Source: Haliotis cracherodii (lineage: Eukaryota). From it: a DNA stretch of 64,000 bases. Positions 1 through 12,103 of this stretch are shown here, piece after piece. A program made the translations under genes and the position numbers. Location: contig NW_027266264.1 in assembly GCF_022045235.1 (NCBI RefSeq), positions 80,786,001 to 80,850,000 of the forward strand. The letters are read 5' to 3'. Under the pieces are notes generated by a model. It saw only the letters and a list, made by a program, of their open reading frames with translations. It did not search any database and was not told the DNA's origin. How positions within the stretch are numbered: the first letter of the stretch is position 1; every line of letters starts with the position of its first letter.

Positions 1-175
1 CCAGTGATTGATATTATGAGTATCGATCGCCGCAATTGGGATCGATGACATGCATCAACCAAGTCAGCGAGCCCGACCACCCGATCCCGTTAGTCGCCTT
101 TCACGACAAGTATAGTCGCCTTTTACGGCAAGCATGGGTTGCTGAAGACCCATTCTACACCGGATCTTCACGAGT
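1..175 (-). mobile_element. SINE-like family A copy (non-tRNA structured head), cut by window start
   Basis: Reverse complement matches copies at 11220 and 11838 (GTGAAGATCC...GGTCTTCAGCAACCCATGCTTG...GGCGACTAACGGGATCGGGTGGTC). Confidence 0.85.
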
Positions 176-381
176 CTCCTTACTTATGAATGCACTGGTA
201 TGATGTCACACTGTGATGACGGTCTGCCCACAGTGAAAAAGAATGGAAATAGATCATGTTTGAATTAGCCAATCAGCGTGATGAAAACTCTCATCAGCTG
301 TAATTCTCTCCCTCAGGTATCTACATGTCCCTGTACGCTTCCGTAATCTAATGAATTGTTTGATTACTTTGTTTTTTACAG

Positions 382-471
382 AAAAAAGTTGAAAGTATGC
401 CCATGGAGGAGCGACCACAAAAGCGGAAACGAAGACGTAAGCATCTGATGAAGATCACCCCGTTCACATAA
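382..471 (+). CDS. Terminal coding exon of an upstream Cys-less pLGIC paralog (KKVESMPMEERPQKRKRRRKHLMKITPFT*)
   Basis: tttttacag acceptor; 90-nt exon with the same length and phase as, and clear similarity to, exon 8950-9039; downstream 3' flanks are also homologous. Confidence 0.8.
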   Translation, partial: KKVESMPMEERPQKRKRRRKHLMKITPFT

Positions 472-1419
472 ACATGTCGGCGTTGTCAACCACCTAGTTT
501 GGTGACGTTTGGGATGGTGCCGTGTGTGCGGAATGTCTGAGTCATCTCGCTCTCCTTATCCCAATATACACATTTGAACTTAACCAAGTGATTTAGACAG
601 ACACTAGAATGTGTATCAAAGTGGATTTCTGTTTGGTATTGGGAATGAGTGATTGAGCGAGTGAGAGGTTGATTGAGTTGGTGAGAGTGAGTGAGTGAGT
701 GAGTGAGTGTACCATGGAACATGGAATGTGATCGGTCAGTTGGTCGGCCTCCGTTCGAGCGGTGTACGATCACACAACACAACAGCCAGGTATCATCTGA
801 AATGTGACTTTCTCAGTTCATGACCGAGTCTCAGGAGTACAACAAAATTGTGTCGTAAGAATAACAGGATCTTTGGGTGATTACAACGTATGACTAGATA
901 TCACCGTATTCCTACATCGTGGATTGCTGCTCATGCAATCACCCACTAGTGTGTTTAGATTCAAGCCCTTGCAGGTCAATATTCAACTGCACGTTAATGC
1001 TGACCCTTCATTGAGCCACTCTGTAGCCACAATCACCAGCCACAGTGGCTACACGATCCCCGTTATAGGTCACAAGTGAGTTCCCTCCAACATTCACCGA
1101 CACACCGTGGCAACACTATTTTCCGCTGTTAGTTACCTCTCCACTGGTGCATTGGAGATCTAATACAGACCACCACATCGTCTTTTGTCTCCATCACCGA
1201 TGCAGCCGTGACCTGCTGTAACATCAATAACAAAGCCTGAAGAAATCCAAACTGCGTGATATTCTGTTTTTAATTGACAGCTTCTGTTAGATAGTAAAAC
1301 TGTAATATAGTGTACATATCTGTATAGCATATGAACTATAATAAACACTTCTTATAAAGACCTTTGAGTTTGTCTTTGTTACCACGTCAACAACTTCAGG
1401 ATATGGAATACTTCGCCCG

Positions 1420-2215
1420 AGTGATGCAACGTTTTTGTTTGCTTCCTTGGGGAGGGATACAAAGGTTTATTAATTCCCTGCTTCTTTGGGAAAGTTTACA
1501 ACGGTTTATTGATTCTTTGCTTCCTTGGGGTGTGATACAACGGTTTTATGACAGAGGTTTATTGATTCATTCATTCCTTCGGGAGTGATACAACGGTTTA
1601 TTGCTTTCTTGCTCCTTGGGCTGTGATACAATTCGATTCCTTCGAAGGAGATATCGAGGTATATTGATTCTTTGCTTCCTTGAGGAGTTGTACAGTGATT
1701 TGTTGATCCCTTGATTCCTTGGGGAGTGATACAACGGTTTATTGATCCCTTGATTCCTTGGGGAGTGATACAACTGTTTATTGATCCCTTGATGCCTTGG
1801 GGAGTGATACAACGGTTTATTGATCCCTTGATTCCTTGGGGAGTGATACAACGGTTTATTGATCCCTTGATTCCTTGGGGAGAGATACAACGGTTTATTG
1901 ATCCCTTGATGCCTTGGGGAGTGATACAACGGTTTATTGATTCTTTGCTTCCTTGGGGAGTGATACAACGGTTTATTGATCCCTTGGTTCCTTGGGGAGG
2001 GATACAACGGTTTATTGATCCCTTGATTCCTTGGGGAGGGATACAACGGTTTATTGATCCCTTGATTCCTTGGGGAGGGATACAACGGTTTATTGATCCC
2101 TTGATTCCTTGGGGAGTGATACAACGGTTTATTGATTCTTTGCTTCCTTGGGGAGGGATACAACGGTTTATTGATCCCTTGATTCCTTGGGGAGGGATAC
2201 AACGGTTTATTGATT
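1420..2215. repeat. 39-bp minisatellite (GATCCCTTGATTCCTTGGGGAGTGATACAACGGTTTATT), about 20 copies
   Basis: Directly visible; gives the 13-aa periodic ORFs on both strands. Confidence 0.95.
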
Positions 2216-3355
2216 TGGGCTTTCATATGAAATGTAATCGATGTAATACAACATACATTCAGTACTGGCTAAATAGGGTAGATGAGTTGGTCGTAGGCAG
2301 GTTTTTACATCGTAGTCATCCATGTATAGAATTATGACGTACCACTTCCCCCGTGGATCAAAATGTGTCATGGTCATTTACCCTGTAAACATATCCAAAT
2401 AGTTGTGACAACGGTTGAATATATATTTGCAAACATTGTCATACACAGGCATACAGATAATTGCATACATTGAACCTACCAGGGAAGCAAATATGAGGAC
2501 TGTTTGACAATTTAGAATAAACAGAAACACGCCATTAATAGGGCCCTTACAATCCCTGGTATGTTGTTTAACTTGAGTCTGAGCGGAACTGAACTTTGTT
2601 TCGCTCAACGCTACAAGACATAGAATGTTGAGGATATGTAGATGTCAATATATACAAATACATGTCAAAACGATAAAGGCATTGAATAGACAAGTTACTA
2701 AGAAAGTGTTATCCCATACATTCCTCTCGACCCCTTTCCCCTTTCTAAAAGGCATTGTTTATTCATAGCTTTCGGCTATGGGATCCGTGCCAATTTAAGT
2801 AACAGAGGGGTACACAAAGTACGTGATCTAGACTACCAGTTGTCAGGCTTCCATTTGGTAAATGTCCGGTGGCTGAGTGGGTTAGGTCGCTGACTTGGTG
2901 TGCTGGTGAATAGGTGCCTTACTCGGAGAGTATTGGTATTGGTGGGACAGACGTCACCCAAAATAAGTCCTAGAATTTTACCTTACTGTGAAAATGGATC
3001 CCAGAAATAAGATTTGAAAGCATTACCTTTCTGTCCAGGTGGGACGATAATCGTACCTGGAAGCTCCTCACTGTGCGGTTTAACCATCCACCCATATCAT
3101 AACATATAAACACGCTATACGCAACACAGTGACCTTATATCATAAGATCATTTCTGGCATAATAACTATGGACAAAAGATTTATTTGACAATGATACATA
3201 ACCCCCAGCTACTCCCTGAGCCTCTTACAGATCCTAATCATTTGTTGGCGCCTTAACGACCTTGTTGTGACACGTGATTAATGGCGGGCAGCGAATGTCG
3301 TGTATTGTGTCCGGTCCTCTGAGCCACTGAACATAACCTCCTCGTCTGAGGTAAA

Positions 3356-6300
3356 ATGGCGTTAGATGGCAATGAGACTGATGACTTTATTGTGAGTAGT
3401 GTGGTACAGTGAAACCTCGTTAACACAGACACTCCGCCTTCCGACCGATTAATGTTTGGTAACACCTAAGGTTCGTCAGTCCGGAATAATGTTAATGCGG
3501 ACATGTACTTTTGAAACGGTAACCTAAGTGTCAAGGACGTTTCATTGTATTTATAAGGTGTTCTGGGGTCCTTCTGGATGAATGGTATGTACACTTAAAC
3601 TGTCATCTAGTACAAAGATGAGCTTCAATAGCTGAGACATTGTTCATTTTGCTTGGTTGTCTTTGTTGCTGTTTAGAGCCGCAGCAACCAACGAGTCTGA
3701 CTCTCCATCCCGTTAGTCGTCTCTTACGACAAGCATTGGTTGCTGAAGACCGATTCTATGAACCAAACTTTGATGTAAATCAAATCAGATTGGCAGAAAG
3801 GACAAAGAACGAACTATTATGTATATGGTATTTAGGAGTCAAGTAAATCTAGACTTGTCAAATCACTGTCGACTTGAGTTGTCGTTTTTACCGTATTCTC
3901 TGTGGGTCCAAGAGACAGACTATTTCCAGCAACTATGGCTTCAAAAAGCTGCCTACATTCAAAACAGATATGTTATCAACCAAAAACACATCAAGCCCAA
4001 TATCCCAGCTGCTTATATCTGTGTTTCTGTAAATATATATGTAATCTTAAAATACTTCTTAAACAATTGGCTATTAATTCGAAATACAGACTGAAATTAA
4101 ATTCTATCTAAAATACAAGTACGCAATATTTAGTGTCACTATGTCGCTACGAAACCGTGTCTGTGGTTATGCATAAGGCTTTTGTTTTTGAAAAGGCATT
4201 GGTCAAAATGATTGGATCCGTTTTTTATCTAAGGTTTCCAAAGACTTTCACGTAAATCTCCCCCATCCGGATCTGTCTTCAACTGAAAAAACGTTTGTTC
4301 TCACACAAAACCAGTTTATACAGATGCCACTATACATACATTTATGTCTTCCACCACAGAGGCATGTCTCGTTGAAGATCGTGTTTCTGAAGATCAGCAA
4401 CATCGACACCATCAAGGAGGAGTACTCGGCAGACATTTTCCTCTCAGCCAGATGGCGGGAACCTGCACTAGACAGAACCAACAAGGAGGTTAGTACACAG
4501 CAATCATCTTCCTCTTAGCCAGATGGAGGGAGCCTGCACGAGACAGCACCAACAAAAGGTTAGTCCTCGGCAGGCATCTTCCTCTCAGCCAGATGGAGGG
4601 AACCTGCACGAGACAGCACCAAAAAGGAGGTTAGTACTCGGCAGACATCTTCCCCTCAACCAGATGGAGGGAACCTGCACGAGACAGAACCAACAAAAGG
4701 TTAGTACTCGGCAGACATCCTTCTCTCAGCCAGATGGAGGGAACCTGCACGAGACAGCTACTAAAAGGAGGTTAAGTACTCGGCAGACATCTACCTCTCA
4801 GCCATTGAAAAATATGTTCCTCTATGTCGGGACATGGGGAGGTAATACATTGGAACAACCTGATCGTCATTTGTCAGCTCGTGCTCTGTCCGCGACCCTC
4901 ACTGGGACTAGATTGGAAGGAATACGTTTGTCATTGCCTTTCTATCAACAAATCAACGTGTTTACCCATTGATCAGCACTATATTGTACAGAGAAGGAGA
5001 AGTAGTATTGTGGAAGGGGGTATTAGACATAATTTCCATTGTTGGCAGACCAAGAAAATCAACTGGGAGTCGTACTTCGACCCCAAGCTCAACATCCAGA
5101 ACAACATCGGGGAGTTGAAGCAGACGACATGGCGGGAGTTGCAGACGGAGGCGGGAGGGGAGACGTATGTGATGGAGAGACGCCGCATCAAGGGCAAGTT
5201 CTTCGAGAAGCTGGAACTGCAGGACTTTCCCTTTGACATCCAAGTAGGTCTGAAAGAGTCCTGTGGATTTTTGTCAACCATGGAAAACACATGAACTTGC
5301 ATCTATACATATCAAAATAATACCCCATCTTAACATACAGAACAAAGACGCCAATTATTAACCATTCTCGGTTATGCACCGAAAAAGATTCCATTTGGCG
5401 TAAAGGCTAAATAACGGTGAACATTATATGACATCTCATCTTGTCTGTCTGTCAACAGTCCTCGTTCTCTCCACAGGATCTCTCCATCCTCATCACCAGC
5501 GAATCCCCGCCCACTGATGTGGAGCTTATGGAGTTCAACTCGTCCATCAGCCACGTCAACGTGGACAGCTTTGTTGATCAGCAGGAGTGGGGGTTGTACG
5601 ACTTCGTGGTGGGCGAGCAGCGTCTCACGCCCAATGAATACAGCAGCGTCAAGTACAAGCGTCCTGGCTTCATCTTCCGGTGCTGTGCAGTCAGGAGGGT
5701 CGGCTACTTCACGTGGAACATCATGTTGGTCATTGTAAGCATAGAGATAGTTCTCGACATCTATACACGATTACCCCAAAGACAAGGCTATTTCAAGCAC
5801 GTGAACACCACGTAACCCGATGCCCAGGGTAAACCCATGGAAGTCTACATGTCCGCCAAAACAATTATTTGGTTTCAATTATGGGTAACTGTACATGTTC
5901 TGAAATGACACGTGTGTTTCTCAGGGTGAGTCAGTAAAAGCAATTTAGCTTTTCTGTAGAACCATTACACCTATGCTTTCAACATTTTACTTTGGTCAGA
6001 GGACACCACGTCGAAATAGATTCTGTTATAAGTTTGTTGGAGATATAATCATTTAATCAGTCGGTCAGCTCATGTCAGTGGGTGCATCCTCATCAGCAGT
6101 GACGTGGACCCTAGGAGGATCTTTCATCAGTCGTTTTGGCAAGCAAGTTCCATTTTTCATGGCATCATTGTCATTAATATATGAACTACCGACATTGTTT
6201 TACATTACACGTGTCCCATTTCCAGGCTATGATAAGTTCTCTGTCATTTGCCGCCTTCTCCGTTGACCGCGAACTGCCCCAGAGGCGTCTTCAGCTGTCC

Positions 6301-9039
6301 TTCACCTTGATCCTCACCATGGTGACCTTCAAGTTCGTGGCCTCGCAGTCAGTACCCAAGCTCTCCTATCTGACGTATCTGGTAGGTGGAACATGGCGTC
6401 TCTGTTTACTGTTCTGTTCAGAACCTGCGTGCGAGTACTGTTTCAGTTGTTTAGAGAATTTTAAAGCAATAGCTTGAAGCACATATACACAGTTATTGAC
6501 AATTGAAAAAAAACAAGTTCATTCAGACATATCTGGAAGGTAAATTTTGGCGTCGGTGTACATGATTCAAAACGCTGATTCAAGTCTTTGGCATAGTATG
6601 AATCAATCAGTTGGAGTAGATTTGATACAATACCTACCAAAGGCAACTTTAGTAACAATTTAATCAAGTGAACAACCATGATTCTAATGAATGACGCTCT
6701 CGTTGTCTCGTCTCGGATAAGGCAACGGTCATCACCAAACTGTGTACACCTAATAGAGGCCAATGCCACAATAATATTGATACAGTCATGATGATGTCTC
6801 AGTCAGTAGTGTAAGTGGCATATTTCAGCACTTACTGGTAAACTAGTTTGGAAGTTTAATCGCTTGATTTCAAGTGGTCCTTGAAATTTTTAAGACCGTA
6901 AAGCTGAACTTTTTTCAATTAATTCTTGAGAGAAGACATTCACAAGGCGTCCCGCACTATATTGGCAGTTTTAAGTTTAGTTGATGGGTATGATCAATAG
7001 TCAAGGAGGAGACACGAGCAGAGTTGCGTCCGTTGGGCACGCCAGAAACCTATGATTATGGGCTCGAATCCAGGTTCGACCCGATTATGTTTCTAGGTTT
7101 GTCAGCACTCGTGGGTCCTCGTCCGTGCTCGTGGGTTTCACCAAAGCGTTAAACGTCTGAGACCTGCATCACTTCAGGCTATGCTCCCACTATAAGGGGA
7201 AACGCCGTGATATAACTGTACCTCTGTTCAAAGCGGAGACGAACTCAACTCACTCACTCGCTCAAACTCAAGTAGGTAGTCGAGAAAATCGGGGAAATGT
7301 CTTAACAAAATCATGACAGCGTTTTTAGGGTAGTGAACCTTTTGGAGGGTTACGATGACGATAGATAAAGGCTTCGAGAGGGTCATACATTTTGGTAAAT
7401 TACTTTTAAAATATGTCTGTTCCATCCAACACTGTAATAAATGCCTCAGACCGAAGAGACGTCAATGTTTGGGATTTCTACTCCAATTGTATTGTAATCA
7501 CATAACGTTCCATTCTGTCCCAGGACCGTTACATCCTTTTGTCGATGTCGTTCCTGTTCCTGGTCTGCGGTTGGCACGCTGTCATAGCGTTGTATAAAAG
7601 TGACGACGCCACGGCTGGCCTCATGGACTACTACGCTTTCATCACATTTGCTTGCCTTTATCTGGTCGGGCAGCTGATGTTTGTGAGCATCGTGGGGACC
7701 AAGGTGAGTTAGACGACGTCACATGGAGTAGACTGCACGCAGATAATACAGAAGTATGACATCGCTTAGAAGTGTACCCCCCTATGAAAAGGGTTTCGCT
7801 GTATATAATTAAATACACCAACGTAGAGTAATTCAGATTTGTATTTAAGTGGAATAGAAGGGCCGACTCATGTACGTATCAGGTGTTCGGGAGACGGCCA
7901 TCCTTTGAGGCTGCAGCAGTTAAGGTGAAGGTCACGTCAGTTTGCCATAGTATTTAAGCCCAAAAGTTCCACAATACAATAAAATGAGAAGACTTTACTG
8001 GTTTCTATTTCTATGTGCCTACAATAATTACTGACTACAATACAACGTTTCTCACAATATCGATGACTGGATTGTCTGGTCCAGACTCGAATATTCGCCG
8101 TCATATAGCTGAAATATTTTATTGTTGAGTACGAGTGCGGCCTTAAGCAGCAAACAAACAAAACTATTATTAAATCCGTGCAATACCGCACGTGTAACAG
8201 CACGTGATTCGTGCAGAAAGGAGTTATTTTGTTCAAGGTGTTTCGGGACACACGCACCCTCCTCCACCAAACTCGAGTGGCAGTGGTAGCCATCTTACAT
8301 GGTTATTGTCAACAAATCCAGGGAATTTATTTTGTTTATCTTTAATTATCAAATAACAAAACTCCCTTTGAATACCATTTTCAGTTCGTGTTGAAAAAAA
8401 GACAAAAAGAACGTATGGAGGAAGAATACCAGGTCAGTCATGTGTATATTCTTTATTTAGGGCTAAACTTGCGAGATCAGGGGATTATCTGTTAATATGA
8501 TTATACAACGGGGACATTACAGCACAGCGTGACGTCATTGTATATAAACAGCCGGGGGAAATGTATACACCCCTGTTTGGTATGGGCTAAAATGAAACCA
8601 ACAAGAAATGGATATTCGATGGTGATGTATTTGATACGGGTGTTATAGTTGTGTTTTGTACCTTATGTTTGCAGTGTTTCGGTGACTGTTTTCAGTCTGG
8701 TAACGTTTTGATAGCGTTTGTAATATTTTGATCAAATCCCATTTTCAAGTGTGTTCTTTCGACCGGCAGTTTTTTACCATTCCATACCCTCAGTGTGCGT
8801 TGGGGGTAAGGGCTAGTTTGTCCAACCCTTGTCAGATGTGTTGCTAGGTTGGATTTGGGATATTTTATTAGCCGAATTGATTATTGATGTTGGTTTGGCC
8901 TTGTAATCTTCCGTGAACTGATTTTATGCAAGTGTTATGTCGTTGACAGAAAAAACTGGAAAGTATGCCGACGTGGGATCGACCGCAAAAGCGTAAACGA
9001 AAACACAAGCATTTCATGAGCATCAACCCGTTCACATAA
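3356..9039 (+). CDS. Cys-less (Pro-loop) pentameric ligand-gated ion channel subunit, 363 aa; exons 3356-3391, 4360-4488, 5049-5243, 5477-5734, 6226-6381, 7524-7703, 8385-8432, 8950-9039
   Basis: All introns GT-AG and phase 0, and the frame stays open when joined. pLGIC motifs: ISNIDT..E.YSADIFLSARWRE, LELQDFPFDIQDL (Cys-loop position without cysteines), QEW, RRVGYF pre-M1, M2 RLQLSFTLILTMVTFK, PKLSYLTYLDRY, four TM helices with a very short M3-M4 loop. Exon 1 is less certain (AAAATGG context, in-frame TGA upstream, gtgagt donor). Confidence 0.88.
4421..4803 (+). repeat. 70-71-bp tandem repeat (about 5.5 copies) derived from the 3' end of pLGIC exon 2 plus its splice donor
   Basis: Unit AGTACTCGGCAGACAT..CCTCTCAGCCAGATGG.GGGAACCTGCAC.AGACAG.ACCAAC/AAA.GAGGTT; the first copy is coding sequence. 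Confidence 0.9.
7005..7262 (+). mobile_element. tRNA-type SINE family C copy
   Basis: Similar to 23096-23374 (GGGCACGCCAGAAACCTATGATT...TTATGTTTCTAGGTTTGTCAGCAC); (ACTC)n tail. Confidence 0.75.
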
Positions 9040-9699
9040 ACAACATGTTGGCGTTCTGGGCTGTATCGACGTCACTGTACTCCGACAACGTTGTTCGTTG
9101 TTCACGCGATCAGCTACTGGTGTGTCTGGTCCAGATCCGGGTACTTACAAGATGCCACGATATAGATGCTCTAAACTACAGTTCCTCATAAAACAACATT
9201 CACCAACACTTGACCATTCACAATCCTGGGACCTGGGATAGTTAATCGGGAACCTCCTCTTGGTGACTTATCTCCATCGTCGATGCTGTCGTGACTTGAA
9301 TTATTCATATAGGCTAAAGTATCGCCTGTGTGATATTGTATTTTAACTGACTTTTGTTAGATTGTGAAACCGTGATATGGTGTACAAATAGAGTATATGA
9401 AATAAAATAAAGACATCTTCGGCCATTAAAGAGTTTGTCTTTGTTACCATGTCAACATCGTGGTTCCGGAACTGGACCACGTCGCCAGAACGATCTGTCT
9501 GATCCTTGCTTCCTTGCGGAGTGGTGCAACTGTTTATTGATTTGCACATGTATTTTTTATGCAATTATGCAATCTGTGTGTTATATACGTATAACGTATA
9601 TCTAAAGTAATATAACACATAGTCCATGCGTCAGACCAGATATTGGTACCACCTGGGGTGGCCAAATCTCACTATGAATTTTGGAAAGTCATATATCTA

Positions 9700-9890
9700 A
9701 ATGGGGTGGGGGGTGGGAATCCAATGTGATGCAGGACTGTGGGGAAACTAGCGAGCACGGCTTGATGGGGGGGGGGGAGTCCCATGTGATGAAGGACTGT
9801 GGGGACACTAGTGAGCACGGCTTGATGGGGGGGGGGGGGGGGAGTCCCATGTGAAGCAGAACTGTGGGGAAACTAGCGAGCACAGCTTGC
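9700..9890. repeat. About 60-bp tandem repeat with poly-G tracts, 3 copies
   Basis: CCCATGTGA...GACTGTGGGGA.ACTAG.GAGCACGGCTTGATG(G)n repeated. Confidence 0.8.
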
Positions 9891-10845
9891 TGACAAACTA
9901 AGAATCACAATCAGAGCCAATCGGGGACCGACGATCACAGGATTTGTAACGCTAACCTATGGGACGCATCTCTTGTAAGAAGGATTATCATGTCATTCAC
10001 CCAGGGTCAGTACACGCTCTTGTTTAAAGCATTGTTTTATACGCCAGCAATTCCAGACGCCCCTTTCATAATTGATCCAGCCATACAAACCAGTGCTTAA
10101 TGATAAGAGCAACGTTACAAGCCACTGGCGAAAACGATGATACGCAATCAACCAAGTCCGGTCGCTTGCTTCAACTTTGTCGCATTATACAAGTAAGTAT
10201 GTTTTTTTATGGGAGATGGGATTGGTTGAGTTACTGGGCAACAAATACAGATACGTTGATATCTCTCTGATCACCTCAGTCCCACGGGACTAGCATTAGG
10301 GGGCTTTCCTACTAGAGTTTCTTTGACACAATCCGGCGCCGGCTCGAACCCCATAAATATTGGGATTGCCTAAAAGTCGGGCCAAGAAAAGTCGGGCCGG
10401 GCCGGGTCAGCGGGTAATACTAAAAATGGATTGCAGAATAATAAAACGAAACGCGCATATCTAGGCAGATCTCAAATGTCCACAAACGTATAGTTTTGCT
10501 CATTTAATTGAGTTTGAATAACAATGCACCTTCAACAATGTAATAAACTGATGATTATTACTACATACCGTGAGTCTAGTAGAAAAGTCAGTGTCTTGAC
10601 TGTGTGTATTCTTTGATTAGAATGCTTCTCACCGACCTTAGCGTGTAGGGGTGTGATGTCCTGGGCAGGAAACGACAGTGTTTTGACTACAAATATTGCT
10701 CCATGTCAAACTGTGTACCTAACTATCACTAACCATGAAAACAAAGGTGTTGTTTTCCATCAAAACCGGTTTATACCATATACGGTTTACAGTGAACCTA
10801 TACAGTATCACCACTAAGTCGATAACCGGGTCATTGTGCAGCTTG

Positions 10846-11035
10846 CCCGTGAACATCCGGTTTAGAATAGGTCTTCAGTGACCCATGTTATGGTTGATGC
10901 ATGTCCTCGAAATCAAATTGCGATGATTGATGCTCATGGTGTCAATCACAGGATTGTCTGGCCCAGATTATTTACAGACCGCCATCATATATCTGGAATA
11001 TTGCCAAGTGCGGCGTTCAACAACAAATTAAACGA
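10846..11035 (+). mobile_element. SINE-like family A copy with internal deletion
   Basis: CCCGTGAACATCCGGTTTAGAATAGGTCTTCAG head and GGAATATTG...GCGGCGTT tail. Confidence 0.75.
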
Positions 11036-11219
11036 ACTACTGTATTATGTAAATCCATGCTGAATCGCAGTTGCGAATATTATGTAGTTAAAGGAGTATG
11101 CCGAGCAGGACTGAATGGCGATGAGACATTCATTGCGACAGTACCGTCTCCATTTAAGATGTCCTTGGTATATGCCCATGTAGCTCCAAATATTATGAGT
11201 GTCGGGTTCCCAACAAAAC

Positions 11220-11465
11220 CCCGTGAAGATCCGGGTTAGAATTGGTCTTCAGCAGCCTATACTTGTCGTCAGAGGCGACTAACGGGATCGAGTGGTCAGG
11301 CTCGCTGACTTGGTTGATGCATGTCATCGTATCCTAATTGCATGGATCGATGCTCATGATATCAATCACTGGATTGTCTGGTCCAGATTCGATTATTTAC
11401 AGACTGCCGTCATACAGCTGGAATATTGTTGAGTGCGGCGTTAAACAACAAACAAAACGACAACA
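11220..11465 (+). mobile_element. Full-length SINE-like family A copy
   Basis: Head CCCGTGAAGATCC...GGCGACTAACGGG, conserved body, tail GCTGGAATATTG.TGAGTGCGGCGTTAAACAACAAAC. Confidence 0.9.
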
Positions 11466-11837
11466 AAAGCTAGCCGCGAATAGCTGATGGTACGTTAAGG
11501 AATCATCACTCATCAACATCGACACTGTCTTAATACTATGCAAGAAACAGTTTTGTGTTTTAGTGTATTATTATCGAGTTAACATACATTCGTTCAGTTT
11601 GTCCCAATATCAATGATTGTCTAAATCACCATGGTTACCGATTAATGAGTGTGATCTGCTGAACTGACATCCTCTCTTCAATAATATAGTATTGTGTATA
11701 TATATATATATATAAGGTTATCGATTCGTGTACCTACACAGGTAGTTGGGTTAACGCTACTAGATTCCGCAGTAAATGGGAGAAACACGCCTTAATTATG
11801 TAACCACGCTGCGCGATACATACACATTAGAGTCAGA

Positions 11838-12103
11838 CCCGTGAAGATCCGGGGTAGAAAAGGTCTTCAGCAACCGATGCTTGCCGTAAAAGGCAACTAT
11901 GCTTGTCGTAAGAGGCGACTAACGGGATCGGGTGGTCAGGCTCTCTGACTTGGTTGATGCATGTCATCGATTCCAAGCGCGTGCATGGATCGATGCTCAT
12001 GTTGTCAATCACTGGATTGTCTGGTCCAGAGTCGATTACTTACAGACCGCCGTCATATAGCTGGAATATTACTGAGCAGGGCGTTAAACAGCAAACAAAC
12101 AAA
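11838..12103 (+). mobile_element. Full-length SINE-like family A copy with duplicated 22-bp hairpin module
   Basis: Matches the 11220 copy; (AAAC)n tail. Confidence 0.9.

Noticed and set aside
1567-2337. Periodic 219-aa and 208-aa ORFs
   Set aside because: Translations of the 39-bp minisatellite on both strands
11220-11286. HDV-like ribozyme assignment for the family A head (hairpin followed by CTAA resembles P4-J4/2)
   Set aside because: The stem order and the 7-bp second stem do not fit the nested double-pseudoknot layout, so it is kept as an unclassified fold
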